From the IMG/VR virus record IMGVR_UViG_3300033571_022960, positions 1-64,000 of that record: a stretch of DNA of 64,000 nucleotides; one strand, written 5' to 3'. The notes beneath the pieces are model-generated. The model worked only from the letters and a program-made list of their open reading frames with translations. It did no database searches and was not told where the DNA came from. Positions within the stretch are counted from its first letter, which is position 1, and every line of letters begins with the position of its first letter. The position numbers were made by a program, and so were the translations under genes. Below, one piece after another: positions 9,799-19,786 of this stretch. This stretch comes from a virus.

Positions 9799-10006
9799 TT
9801 ATAACATTTCAAACATATTACCTTATGAAATAAAAATACTAAATATTGAAAATATAATTGAAAAAATTAATTCTTTATCAGTAAAAGAATTTGATTTTGC
9901 ACCAGATTATTTAAAAATAAAATATATTAAAAAACGACTTAATCTTGGTTATGATTTACATAATAATGAAGAGAAGTATTATGAGGAAAATATTCATCTG
10001 TTTTAA
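9791..10006 (+). other. Out-of-frame continuation of the last polyprotein module
   Basis: 71 open codons VIDYNISNILPYEIK...ENIHLF* with no ATG start, joined in frame if the tract has 10 G. Confidence 0.65.
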
Positions 10007-10032
10007 TACTTTAATTTTATTTTAATTACATT

Positions 10033-10040
10033 ATATTTAT
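10033..10040 (+). promoter_or_regulatory. ATATTTAT motif before portal
   Basis: 17 nt upstream of the ATG. Confidence 0.5.
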
Positions 10041-10057
10041 TATAATAATGCAAATTT

Positions 10058-11890
10058 ATGTCCAATAATAATCAAAAATTAACTACATATCAAAAATTAA
10101 CCAGACTTTTCAATAGTGGTATGCCAGTTCGTTCTACTTTTGAGATTCCTCAACAAGAACTAATTACTGCGAAATCAAGGGAAGAATTAGAATTTTTAAA
10201 ATTACAATCACAACAAAATAAATATGTAAGAGACCAATGGCAAAAAGTAGAAAATGATATGTACCAAAAGTCATTTAACTACCAAATGTCAAGGGTTGCA
10301 GTTTACTCTGATGCAGAAAATATGGAGGCATTTCCTGAGATTAGTAGTGCATTAAGCCTCTATTCTGCTGAGGCTACCACAACTGGAGAAGATGGTAAAG
10401 TAATGCAGATTTATTCGGATTCTGAAAGAATAAAATCTATATTGGAGGATTTATTCTTTAATAGATTGGATTTGAATTCAAACTTATATTCTTGGGCAAG
10501 GAATTTAATAAAACTAGGAGATAATTTTTTGTATCTCAAAATTGGTGGTGAAAAAATTGGTATTGTTGGTACATTACAATTACCGAATATTGAAATAGAA
10601 AGAGAAGAAGGTGATACTTACAGCGTAGTAAGTGAAGAAAAAAAACATACTAAATTCTTATGGAGAGGAAGAAATAGGGAATTTAATACATGGGAAATTG
10701 CACATTTTAGATTATTGGGTAAAGATTCTTTTTTACCTTATGGAACTTCACTTCTTAGTGACGCAAGACGTTATTGGAGGTTATTATTAATGTCAGAAGA
10801 TGCAATGTGTACATACCGTGTGTCAAGAGCATCAGAAAGAAGAGTATTTAAGATAAATGTGGGTAATATGAATGATGAAGATGTTGAGGCGTACATCAAT
10901 AAAATTGCAAATAAATTTAAACGTCAACCAATAGTTGACCCAAGAACTGGACAAGTGGATGTTAGATTTCACAATATGGATGTAACTTCTGATTTCTTTA
11001 TTCCTGTTAGGAATGATAATGCTGGAACTGTAATAGATACTTTACCAGGGGCTAATAATCTAGACTCAATTGCTGATATAGAGTATCTACAAAATAAACT
11101 TCTTTCATCAATGCAAATTCCAAAAGAATTTATCGGTTTTGATTCATCCACTGGTGAAGGAAAGAATTTATCAATGATGGATATTCGTTTTGCAAGAAAT
11201 GTAAATAGAATACAACAAGCATTAATACAAGAATTAAATAAAATTGCAATTATACATCTTTATCTTTTAGGATTTGAGGATGAATTATCAAATTTCTCAC
11301 TAAGACTTAATAACCCATCAACCCAAGCAGAACTTCTTAAATTAGAATTATATCGTGAAAGATTTGCTTTATATAGGGATGCAACTGCAAAAATGGATAA
11401 TGGATTTGCAATGACATCAATGACATGGGCAAAAAAGAATATTCTTGGTATGAGTGATGATGAAATCAAATTAGACTTACAACGTCAAAAAATTGAGGCA
11501 GTTGCCGCACAAGAATTAAATAATATTACAGGTCTTAAAACAGGTATTTTTGATGATATTGATAGACTTTATAAATCAGTATCAGGAGTACAAAATCCAC
11601 AACCAGTTGAAGGTAATTCAGGTAGTGGAGGTGGATTTGGTGGAGGAGGTGGTTTTACATCATCAACAGATTTAGGTGGTGAAACTGAAACCCCATTTGG
11701 TGAAGAAACGCAACCAACAGAAGAAGGTGGATTAGATTTGGGTGGTGAACAACCTACAACAGAACCTCAAGGTGAAACACAAGAACAACCAGAGGGTGAA
11801 ACATTTCCTGAATCTGTAAAGAAAAGAAATAATTTAATTACAGAAGATATTAATCAAATGATTGAACAAATTAATAAATTCATAAAGTAA
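10058..11890 (+). CDS. Portal protein (T4 gp20-like)
   Basis: RRYWRLLLMSEDAMCTYRVSRASERRVFKINVGNM, DFFIPVR, TVIDTLPGA, DIEYLQNKL. Confidence 0.93.
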   Translation: MSNNNQKLTTYQKLTRLFNSGMPVRSTFEIPQQELITAKSREELEFLKLQSQQNKYVRDQWQKVENDMYQKSFNYQMSRVAVYSDAENMEAFPEISSALSLYSAEATTTGEDGKVMQIYSDSERIKSILEDLFFNRLDLNSNLYSWARNLIKLGDNFLYLKIGGEKIGIVGTLQLPNIEIEREEGDTYSVVSEEKKHTKFLWRGRNREFNTWEIAHFRLLGKDSFLPYGTSLLSDARRYWRLLLMSEDAMCTYRVSRASERRVFKINVGNMNDEDVEAYINKIANKFKRQPIVDPRTGQVDVRFHNMDVTSDFFIPVRNDNAGTVIDTLPGANNLDSIADIEYLQNKLLSSMQIPKEFIGFDSSTGEGKNLSMMDIRFARNVNRIQQALIQELNKIAIIHLYLLGFEDELSNFSLRLNNPSTQAELLKLELYRERFALYRDATAKMDNGFAMTSMTWAKKNILGMSDDEIKLDLQRQKIEAVAAQELNNITGLKTGIFDDIDRLYKSVSGVQNPQPVEGNSGSGGGFGGGGGFTSSTDLGGETETPFGEETQPTEEGGLDLGGEQPTTEPQGETQEQPEGETFPESVKKRNNLITEDINQMIEQINKFIK

Positions 11891-11893
11891 TGC

Positions 11894-11901
11894 ATATTTA
11901 T
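11894..11901 (+). promoter_or_regulatory. ATATTTAT motif
   Basis: 20 nt upstream of 11922. Confidence 0.45.
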
Positions 11902-11921
11902 TTAGTAAACTTCTTTTAAAA

Positions 11922-12644
11922 ATGAAATTTAGTGTAATCAAATCAAACATCAATGAAACTTTAGTTAATTATTTTACTAATAAAAAAGATAATTATAGAA
12001 GTTTTAGTGTGGAATTTTTTAAATTATTAAGGGAAAATAAAGATATAAAAAAATTATTTAAATTCTATGATGATATTAATTCTTTAGAATTTAAAAATGA
12101 TTCAGTTGCACTTCATTTTATAAACGAAAATAAAAAAGGTTTAAATTATAAATCAAAACAAACTTTAGTAAATTTATTTAAAAAATGGAATATTCATCTA
12201 AATGAAAATATTAGTGTTAATGTTGTAGATTCAAATATTGATTTACTTTTTGAAAGTGAAGATGAACAATATTTTTATTCTAAAGATTTTTTGGTTGAAC
12301 ATCTTAAAAAACATAAATCAAAACAAGATGAAATAATAAATGAAAATTTGAATATACCACCTTCTGTTATGATTAATTTAATATCTGAAAAATTCAATCA
12401 GAAATATTCTGATAAATTAAATGAAACTGAAAAAGAAATTTTAAAATCAACCATTGAAGGTGAAACTAAGAAAATATTTGAAAGTTTAAAGGATAAGACC
12501 TTAAAATTGATTGATAATAAAAAATCAGATTTTGATAATGAAATGATAAGTGAGGTTGAAAATAAATTAAAAGGAATGGTTTATAATGAATCAACTTACA
12601 TTAAAGATATTTCTAAAATAACTGAATTGTTAAATTCTATTTAA
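11922..12644 (+). CDS. Hypothetical head-region protein downstream of portal
   Basis: 240 aa, helical, several LNE/INE sites. Confidence 0.7.
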   Translation: MKFSVIKSNINETLVNYFTNKKDNYRSFSVEFFKLLRENKDIKKLFKFYDDINSLEFKNDSVALHFINENKKGLNYKSKQTLVNLFKKWNIHLNENISVNVVDSNIDLLFESEDEQYFYSKDFLVEHLKKHKSKQDEIINENLNIPPSVMINLISEKFNQKYSDKLNETEKEILKSTIEGETKKIFESLKDKTLKLIDNKKSDFDNEMISEVENKLKGMVYNESTYIKDISKITELLNSI

Positions 12645-12882
12645 TCTTTTTTAGGTTGTGTTTTTCTAAAAATTCTTTGGGTTCTGAAATTTCCATTATT
12701 GTTAATTCCCTTTTAGACAAAAGTTCATTTGCCTTATCTTCTGTTACTGCCATTGAGCAAAAATAATGTGTTACAGGTAATTCACCATTTGGTGAACATT
12801 CTATTTTTAGAATGTTATTGTTATTCATTTTTTCTCTTACTTGTGAAACTTTAGATTCTTCACATAAAATACAGATTCTCAT
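12637..12882 (-). CDS. Hypothetical protein
   Basis: 81 aa, follows the tail-fibre gene on the same strand. Confidence 0.65.
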   Translation of the reverse strand: MRICILCEESKVSQVREKMNNNNILKIECSPNGELPVTHYFCSMAVTEDKANELLSKRELTIMEISEPKEFLEKHNLKKIK

Positions 12883-12898
12883 ATTATTTTTATTTTTT

Positions 12899-15442
12899 TT
12901 AATCTATTGGTTGTGTAATATATTCACTTATATAGAAATTACCATTTACAATCGCAATTAATCTATTAGTACCATTAAAATCTTTCTGAATAGTTTTATT
13001 ATAACTATCATATACCATTGGTATTGCGTTAAGAGAATCTACTGTTAAAATTAGATTTTCTGTACCACCAAATTCTGATGAATTAATAGTTATAGTATCA
13101 CCAACCTGATATAATTTCCCTGAATTTACAATATCAACACCACTAACAACACCACCTATTACTGTTATTGTAAATAATCCATTAACACCATTTCCAGAAG
13201 TTGTACCTCCCACACTTGAGTAAACCCCATCAACCCCATTAATAGAAGTAAATGATATTGTACCTATATTACCTAAATATTCAGTAAAATCAATACTATT
13301 TAAAGGTGTAATAACATTATTAAATTGGAAATAATCACCTATTGTATTAGAAGTAAAATTATCACTTATTTTATTATCGTAAAAATATTCCCCTATTGTA
13401 TTATTTGTAAAATTATTGCCAATTACATTTCCTCTGTATTGTCCCCCACCAAACCCAAAATCATCATCAATGATATTAGAATCAAAGTTCTCACCAATTT
13501 GGTTATTTTGAAAATACATACCAGTTTGGTTATTTTGGAAAAAATTACCGATTTGATTATAACCAAATTCATGACCGACATTATTACCTGAAAAATTATG
13601 ACCAATTTTATTATAAAGAATATCACCAAAGAAATTATTATCTATAACCACATTACCGAAAATATTATTACCACAATAACCACTCAATTCATTTCCAGAA
13701 AAACCATAACCAACTTTATTAAATTCAAAATTTTCACCACCATTTATTATATTGCCCTTAAAATCATTAAAAATTTCATTACTTATTAAATCATTATTTA
13801 TTGTGTTATTATTAAAATCATTACCTATAACATTTTCACTTACTTCTGAATTAATAATATTATTGTTAAAATTAACACTTATTTTATTTCTATAAAAATT
13901 ACTTGTTGGTTCAGTTAATGTACCATGATTATTATTTGAATAAAAATCATCAATCAAATTTTCAAAAAAGTTACAATAAATATCATTATCAGTAAAATTG
14001 TTTCCAATTAAATTTTTATAAAAATTTCCATTTATAATATTAAAATTCATACCACTTTCAATATTGTTTTCATAAAAGTGACTAATAATTTTATTATCAT
14101 TAAAATCATTACCTATTTTATTCTTATGAAAATCATCACCTGATAATACATTACTTCTAAAATTATTACCTATATTATTATCATAAAAACTATTTTGAAC
14201 AATATAATTGTTTATAAAATTATCACCAATTATATTATCTTGAAAATTTGCAGTAATTTTATTTCCATAAAAATAATTTCCAATAACATTATCATCAAAA
14301 TCATCATCTGTTATGTTATCATGAAAATAATTACCTATTTTATTGTTAGAACAATCATCAAAAAAAGTATTATTAAAACAAGAATCACCAAACGTATTAC
14401 TTACAAATCTATTATGAAAAACATTATTTGCCAAAATAAAATCATTTAAATTAGTTTCATATAAATTACCATAGTTACCTATGTAATTATTATAATTTTC
14501 ATTACCTTCAAAAGTATAATACTCTTCGTATTCAGAAACATCATCAACATTATTTTGGTGATAACTACTATATTCATCCCAATCTGAAAAATACATTCTT
14601 GTTCCTGCAACTAAAGAAGTGTTTGTTAAACCTGTAATTACCATTTCAGTATCATTTACTATATTTATTATTTCATAAACAAGATAGTTATTATCAAATC
14701 CAACCTTAGTACCCACATCAATACTAGTAAAATTAGTATCTGTACCTAAAACACTCATTTCTGTATCTGAAATAGTTGATACCTCAACAGTTCCCTGAAA
14801 AGGACTTGTTAAATTTATTTCATAATATCTGTATCTTTTAAATAATATAGTTCTATGGTCATAATCTGTTCTATTATTAAATTCATCAATTCTTTCTGTA
14901 ATTCTACCCTTTGCAGGTGAATTTGTTTTTTCAGTTAAATTAAAAAATATATCGTATTTTAATTTATCTTTTGGATAATTAGGTTGAAATGCATCTGGAG
15001 ATAAAGTTGAATTTGAAGTTGCAAAAACTATAATTGGGTCTATTTCTGCAGTTTTATAATTACCTGTTGTTATTGGTTGACGATTATAATCATAATCAGG
15101 TTGGTCATAACAAGTTTGAAAATCTGTTATTATATAATAAGAACCTTGATTTAAAGTTTCACCAGTCACCATATCATAAAGTTCAGAATATGTTGTTGAA
15201 ATAAAAGACCCACCACCTGTTGTTATTCCTGTTATTATTATGTTTTCATTATTACCTAATAAAGTTAAAGTGTTATTGTTAAAAGTACCACCTGTAATAA
15301 TTGATGGTGAAATAACTTCACCATTATTGGAAGTTTTTATTTTTACGTAATTATCATTAATGTCTAAAAAGAAATTTAAACTACCATTCTGGGGTGATGG
15401 TACTTCTGATGGTATTTGTGGTTCAAATTGTATGTATTGCAT
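12899..15442 (-). CDS. Tail fibre/spike-like protein with Asn-rich beta-helix repeats
   Basis: Dozens of NxIGNxFxxN-type units over about 450 aa; Gly/Thr-rich C-terminal domain. Confidence 0.7.
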   Translation of the reverse strand: MQYIQFEPQIPSEVPSPQNGSLNFFLDINDNYVKIKTSNNGEVISPSIITGGTFNNNTLTLLGNNENIIITGITTGGGSFISTTYSELYDMVTGETLNQGSYYIITDFQTCYDQPDYDYNRQPITTGNYKTAEIDPIIVFATSNSTLSPDAFQPNYPKDKLKYDIFFNLTEKTNSPAKGRITERIDEFNNRTDYDHRTILFKRYRYYEINLTSPFQGTVEVSTISDTEMSVLGTDTNFTSIDVGTKVGFDNNYLVYEIINIVNDTEMVITGLTNTSLVAGTRMYFSDWDEYSSYHQNNVDDVSEYEEYYTFEGNENYNNYIGNYGNLYETNLNDFILANNVFHNRFVSNTFGDSCFNNTFFDDCSNNKIGNYFHDNITDDDFDDNVIGNYFYGNKITANFQDNIIGDNFINNYIVQNSFYDNNIGNNFRSNVLSGDDFHKNKIGNDFNDNKIISHFYENNIESGMNFNIINGNFYKNLIGNNFTDNDIYCNFFENLIDDFYSNNNHGTLTEPTSNFYRNKISVNFNNNIINSEVSENVIGNDFNNNTINNDLISNEIFNDFKGNIINGGENFEFNKVGYGFSGNELSGYCGNNIFGNVVIDNNFFGDILYNKIGHNFSGNNVGHEFGYNQIGNFFQNNQTGMYFQNNQIGENFDSNIIDDDFGFGGGQYRGNVIGNNFTNNTIGEYFYDNKISDNFTSNTIGDYFQFNNVITPLNSIDFTEYLGNIGTISFTSINGVDGVYSSVGGTTSGNGVNGLFTITVIGGVVSGVDIVNSGKLYQVGDTITINSSEFGGTENLILTVDSLNAIPMVYDSYNKTIQKDFNGTNRLIAIVNGNFYISEYITQPID

Positions 15443-15447
15443 ATTTT

Positions 15448-16161
15448 TTAATTTATTATTCCTGTTCCAGTTATTGTTGAATTACCTGATAAAATTATTG
15501 CATTACCAACGGTTATTTCTCCATTATTTATGATATTACTATCAATTAACAATAAATATCCATCAATAAATATTCTTGCTCTTTTAATAAATTCTACTGT
15601 ACCAATTGTAATTTGTGTATTGGAAGATTCTAAAGTTAATGTACTTCCTGATAATACCATATTACCTTTAATTGATAAGGTTTCATCACTACCTAAAACT
15701 TCTTCTTTATTTTCTAACCAATGTTTTGTATAAAGATTATTATCACAATAAATTAAACATCCATCACTTTCTACTAAAGTGTTATTTTCCTCGATTTCTG
15801 ATTTTGTAAAAGAAGGTAAAATATTAATATATAATTTTTCTCTTACTGGTGCAATTATATAAGAACAATCATCTAAAAAGTCAATTCTAAATTGTCCTTC
15901 AAATTGTCCTGATTCTAATGTATCATTTATTGACCATTTATATTGTATATAATATTCTTTTGTTTCTACATTCTGAACTTCAACAATTTCACATTCTTTA
16001 TTAATGATTTTAAATGTTCCATTTTGGGTATTTTTCATTGAAAATGTTGCAGTTGCATTTTCAAGTAAATCATGGAATTTTTTATAATCTAATCTACCAT
16101 CCATATAAAGTTTCATTTTAAGGTTTGGTAGAACAGAGTTTTGTTTTATGTAGAAATTCAT
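15448..16161 (-). CDS. BppU N-terminal-like baseplate/fibre adaptor
   Basis: FYIKQNSVLPNLKMKL...ATATFSMKN...IQYKWSINDT...GQFEGQFRIDF. Confidence 0.6.
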   Translation of the reverse strand: MNFYIKQNSVLPNLKMKLYMDGRLDYKKFHDLLENATATFSMKNTQNGTFKIINKECEIVEVQNVETKEYYIQYKWSINDTLESGQFEGQFRIDFLDDCSYIIAPVREKLYINILPSFTKSEIEENNTLVESDGCLIYCDNNLYTKHWLENKEEVLGSDETLSIKGNMVLSGSTLTLESSNTQITIGTVEFIKRARIFIDGYLLLIDSNIINNGEITVGNAIILSGNSTITGTGIIN

Positions 16162-16173
16162 TTAAAAGTTTAA

Positions 16174-16189
16174 TAATAAATATTTATTA
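16174..16189. promoter_or_regulatory. Perfect palindrome TAATAAATATTTATTA carrying ATATTTAT on both strands
   Basis: Fills the 30 bp gap between divergent genes 16161(-) and 16192(+). Confidence 0.6.
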
Positions 16190-16191
16190 TT

Positions 16192-16746
16192 ATGAAATAT
16201 TTAATTACGGAAAAACAATTAAGATTAATTGAGGATTTGGAGTTAAAATCTCGTGCAAATGACCAGGAAAGAAAAAGGGAAGAATATGTTAATCAGATTT
16301 TAAAAAATAAAAATTTTAAAGATTTAAATTCTACTGGTAAAAGACTTGTAATTAATTTAAAACCAGAAATTTTAGACAAAATTGTTACTGAAATTTTTAA
16401 TTGATTAAAAATTATTTACCCATCAAAAAAGGTAGAAATAGATAAAAATGATGATGATTATAATCTTATCACAAAAACTATACAAATATCATATAAATCA
16501 AGAGAAAAAGAAAGGTTTAATAGAATTAAAGGACAATTAAAATTATTAAACTCCAAAATCACAACAAAAGAATTGTATAAACAAATGCCTGAATATGAAA
16601 TAAGTATTAAAATTTATTTTGGGGTTGATATTACTATCATTTATAAGACTTCTAAATTTGTTTTTAATAATACTAAAGAATCTACCTACGATAATTTTTT
16701 TGAAGATTTAAATAACATTATTAAAGACCCATTTACAACTTGGTAA
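16192..16746 (+). pseudogene. LKSRA-tag family gene interrupted by an in-frame TGA
   Basis: TGA at 16402-16404, then the same frame stays open for 113 codons to TAA at 16744-16746. Confidence 0.75.
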
Positions 16747-16948
16747 TCAAAAATTTAATCCCTGATATGTTTATGTCAATAATATCTGGGTTCATTGTGA
16801 AATTTCCCCTATATTTGGTCATTAACTCAAAATTAAGGGAATTAAATTCATCTTTGGATAGTTGATACCTAATTTCCATTTTATTTGAAATAAACCCCTT
16901 TTCCGAAAGAATTAAAGATAATTTTAATATGTATTCCAAATTAACCAT
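16733..16948 (-). CDS. Hypothetical protein
   Basis: 71 aa, overlaps the upstream stop. Confidence 0.6.
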   Translation of the reverse strand: MVNLEYILKLSLILSEKGFISNKMEIRYQLSKDEFNSLNFELMTKYRGNFTMNPDIIDINISGIKFLITKL

Positions 16949-17132
16949 TAAAAATTCGTTTTAATTTATCCCAAAAACCCAATTTTTTTATTTCTTTTGG
17001 TTTTGAATAATATTGTTTCATTTCAGAACCAATCTCAAATTTAATATCTTTTATGAATTTATTTTTTTCAGAATTTGTAATATGAGATTCTTCTTGATTA
17101 ATTTTATCCCAATCACGATAAATATGTTTCAT
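16941..17132 (-). CDS. Hypothetical protein
   Basis: 63 aa. Confidence 0.6.
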   Translation of the reverse strand: MKHIYRDWDKINQEESHITNSEKNKFIKDIKFEIGSEMKQYYSKPKEIKKLGFWDKLKRIFNG

Positions 17133-17162
17133 GAAAATAAATATAATAAATTATTTGCAAAA

Positions 17163-17174
17163 ATAAATATTTAT
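17163..17174. promoter_or_regulatory. Palindrome ATAAATATTTAT between divergent genes
   Basis: Between 17132(-) and 17180(+). Confidence 0.55.
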
Positions 17175-17179
17175 CTTAT

Positions 17180-18073
17180 ATGAAATATATAATTACGGAA
17201 AAACAATTAAGATTAATTGAGGATTTGGAGTTAAAAAGTCGTGCTGGAGACCAGGAAAAACAAAGGGAAGAATATATAAATGAATTGTTAAATAAAAAAG
17301 TTGATAATAAAAATTTACTTACACTATATAATATTTTAAAATTAAAGGGTTTAAAGGTAGGATTAACAAATATTCATACAAATGATGAAATAAGGTTAGA
17401 AAAAAATAAAAATGATACAATTTTTATAAGGAATAATGTTACTTTTGGTTATGATGAAAAAATAAGTTTATCACATTTTAGTAATGGTAATATTAAAAGA
17501 TATTATGATATTTATTATTCTGAAATTAAAACCTATAAAGATTTATTAGAAGAAATAGAAAAATTCTTAATTAGGGAAAATATTAAATTAAAAGAAAACC
17601 TTAATCTAAAATCTCGTGCACCACAACAAGAAAAACAAAGAGAGGAATTTGTTAATAATATACTAAAAAAAGGATTTGAAAATTTAACTGGTGGTGATTT
17701 GGAAAATATACAAAAACTTGATACAGAAAAAACCGAAGAAATATTAAAACAAATTTGTGATAATTTAAAGGAATTTGAACCTGAAATAAAGAAATATGAT
17801 TTAATTAGTTATTATTTTTGGAAAATATATTTTAATAATATTAAACCAAAAAAATATAAAGATTTTAAATCAGAAAATTTTTTACATATTACAGATAAAT
17901 CAGCAATATCTTATGATGATACTTATTTTTACTTTTTTGAATATTGGTTATCTGAAAATAATAAACGTAGAGAACAAAAAAGAGTAATAGTTGAAACAAA
18001 AATATTTGAATTCAAAACCATAAAAGAATTAATAAAATACATAAAAGAACATAATGAACCTGAAATACAATAA
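17180..18073 (+). CDS. LKSRA-tag family protein, two modules
   Basis: RLIE|DLELKSRAGDQEKQ and KLKE|NLNLKSRAPQQEKQ. Confidence 0.8.
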   Translation: MKYIITEKQLRLIEDLELKSRAGDQEKQREEYINELLNKKVDNKNLLTLYNILKLKGLKVGLTNIHTNDEIRLEKNKNDTIFIRNNVTFGYDEKISLSHFSNGNIKRYYDIYYSEIKTYKDLLEEIEKFLIRENIKLKENLNLKSRAPQQEKQREEFVNNILKKGFENLTGGDLENIQKLDTEKTEEILKQICDNLKEFEPEIKKYDLISYYFWKIYFNNIKPKKYKDFKSENFLHITDKSAISYDDTYFYFFEYWLSENNKRREQKRVIVETKIFEFKTIKELIKYIKEHNEPEIQ

Positions 18074-19382
18074 TTTTGATGCAAAATTGGATACCCTAAA
18101 CTATTGGGATTTGGAAGTTACTTCTGATGAAGATGTTCAACAAGATTCCAAATGTGAAGGTATTGTCCAAAATAATTTGGTAATATGGATGGATTTAAAT
18201 AATAGTGGAACAACCACAGATTATTTAAATTTAACATCACTTATTTGTCAATCAATTGATTCAGGTATTACAATAAACGATATTGGTTTAACAGGTGTGG
18301 ATAATGGTTTTGTTAATAATTTAAGTGGTGAAACTTTAACATTTAGTGCAGGAACACAATGTTTTACCATGAAAAATGTAACAGGTGATACTTACAATTA
18401 TTCAATAATACCAACAAAAGATTTTTCTGGAAATTATGTTAATTTGGTTGGTGGATTTTATCAAGGATTTTTTAAATTGGAAGGTTATGATTATGAATTA
18501 TTTAAACCAAGAAACAATTCAGGATGGACATCAGAGATTTGGTTATCAAATCGTAATGATGAAACCGTTTCTGCAACAACCCTAAATCAAGTATATACAG
18601 GAAATACTGGTATGTTCTTTTATTTGGGTACTCGTGCAGAAAATAAATTTTGGAATATATTTTCAGGAGAAACTGGTTATACAACAACAGAAGGTATAAA
18701 TTTATCCCCTGATGAAGAAAAAGATTATAATTTGGATATATATGATAATTGTATTGGATTTTTATTAACCCCTGATGGAAGAATTGGTTATAGAAAAATA
18801 TATTTTAAAAATGAATGTATTGATGATGTTGTGGTAACTGGGTTAACCATTGAAGAAAAATATTCAGATTTTACAATATTAAGTGGAAATTGTTTTAATT
18901 CTTGGTTGCACATTGCAATAACATTTGACCCTTATTTGGATTTGGGTGATGATTGTGATTTTAAACTTGCAAGTAAACGTAAGGGGGTTTTAACCATTTG
19001 GGTTAATGGAAAAAGGATAATGAAAAATATTTATTTTGATGAGATTGTTCTTAAATCTTTGGATGATGATAAAAATAAACAATTGGGTGTTCCTTATACA
19101 ATTTCCGTTGGTGGTGGAACACAAGGGTTAATTGAATCAAAAATCTTTGGTGGTGATGATTTAATGGATAAAGAATTGGAGATTGAAAAGAATTTTGCAG
19201 GTTCTTTTTATGGTGGATTTAGTCAGTTTAGATTTTATACAAGGAAATTATCAGGGTTGGAAATAAGAAATAATTTCCGTTTTGAACAAAATAGATACCT
19301 TTTAAAAGATACTTTTGGTGGTAGAAAGATAATAATATCAGGAATTGATATTAACTGTTTTGGTCAGAATTTTGGGTGTTAA
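18054..19382 (+). CDS. Virion protein with LamG/concanavalin-like domain
   Basis: WLHIAITF...LTIWVNG...ISVGGG...FYGGFSQFRFYTRKLSGLEIRNNF. Confidence 0.7.
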   Translation: MNLKYNNFDAKLDTLNYWDLEVTSDEDVQQDSKCEGIVQNNLVIWMDLNNSGTTTDYLNLTSLICQSIDSGITINDIGLTGVDNGFVNNLSGETLTFSAGTQCFTMKNVTGDTYNYSIIPTKDFSGNYVNLVGGFYQGFFKLEGYDYELFKPRNNSGWTSEIWLSNRNDETVSATTLNQVYTGNTGMFFYLGTRAENKFWNIFSGETGYTTTEGINLSPDEEKDYNLDIYDNCIGFLLTPDGRIGYRKIYFKNECIDDVVVTGLTIEEKYSDFTILSGNCFNSWLHIAITFDPYLDLGDDCDFKLASKRKGVLTIWVNGKRIMKNIYFDEIVLKSLDDDKNKQLGVPYTISVGGGTQGLIESKIFGGDDLMDKELEIEKNFAGSFYGGFSQFRFYTRKLSGLEIRNNFRFEQNRYLLKDTFGGRKIIISGIDINCFGQNFGC

Positions 19383-19536
19383 TTAAATCTTTAATTACAA
19401 AATTTAAATCCATTATTTTTTAAAATCTTTCTTTCTTATTGTATTTTTCTTTTTTTAAAAATTTATTTTTTTTTATTAAAGGATGGTCTAAGTACATTCT
19501 AAATCGGATAGTAAGAATTTTAATTTTTCAATGCAA

Positions 19537-19544
19537 ATATTTAT
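19537..19544 (+). promoter_or_regulatory. ATATTTAT motif
   Basis: 5 nt upstream of the KTSC start. Confidence 0.45.
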
Positions 19545-19549
19545 AGAAT

Positions 19550-19786
19550 ATGTTACTAAAAAAAAGAATTTTATCGGAAAAAATCATTTCAGAATACCAA
19601 AGTTCCAATATAATTGGTTCTGAATACTTTCCTTTAACAAAAAAACTAATTGTGGAATTTAAAGGAGGGAGAAAATATCAATATGATGATGTTCCACTTT
19701 CAATATACCTTGATTTTGAAGTTGCAACATCACAAGGTAATTATATTCAAAAACTAAAGAAATACAATCCTAAAAAAATTGTCTAA
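19550..19786 (+). CDS. KTSC domain protein
   Basis: SSNIIGSEY...LIVEFKGGRKYQYDDVP...FEVATSQGNY. Confidence 0.85.
   Translation: MLLKKRILSEKIISEYQSSNIIGSEYFPLTKKLIVEFKGGRKYQYDDVPLSIYLDFEVATSQGNYIQKLKKYNPKKIV

Noticed and set aside
11620-11820. Gly- and Glu-rich portal tail as a separate element
   Set aside because: Low-complexity C-terminal extension within the portal frame; no independent structure.
13325-14449. Several plus-strand ORFs over the tail-fibre gene
   Set aside because: Ile-rich antisense shadows of Asn-rich repeats.
16402-16404. Genome-wide TGA or TAG recoding
   Set aside because: TGA ends genes in ATGA overlaps (e.g. 22895) and TAG ends genes at 1123, 32597, 34151 and 36641; long conserved genes read through under code 11.
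18631-18638. CTCGTGCA in the LamG gene as another tag copy
   Set aside because: Encodes TRAENK with no xxE site or QEKQ; coincidental.
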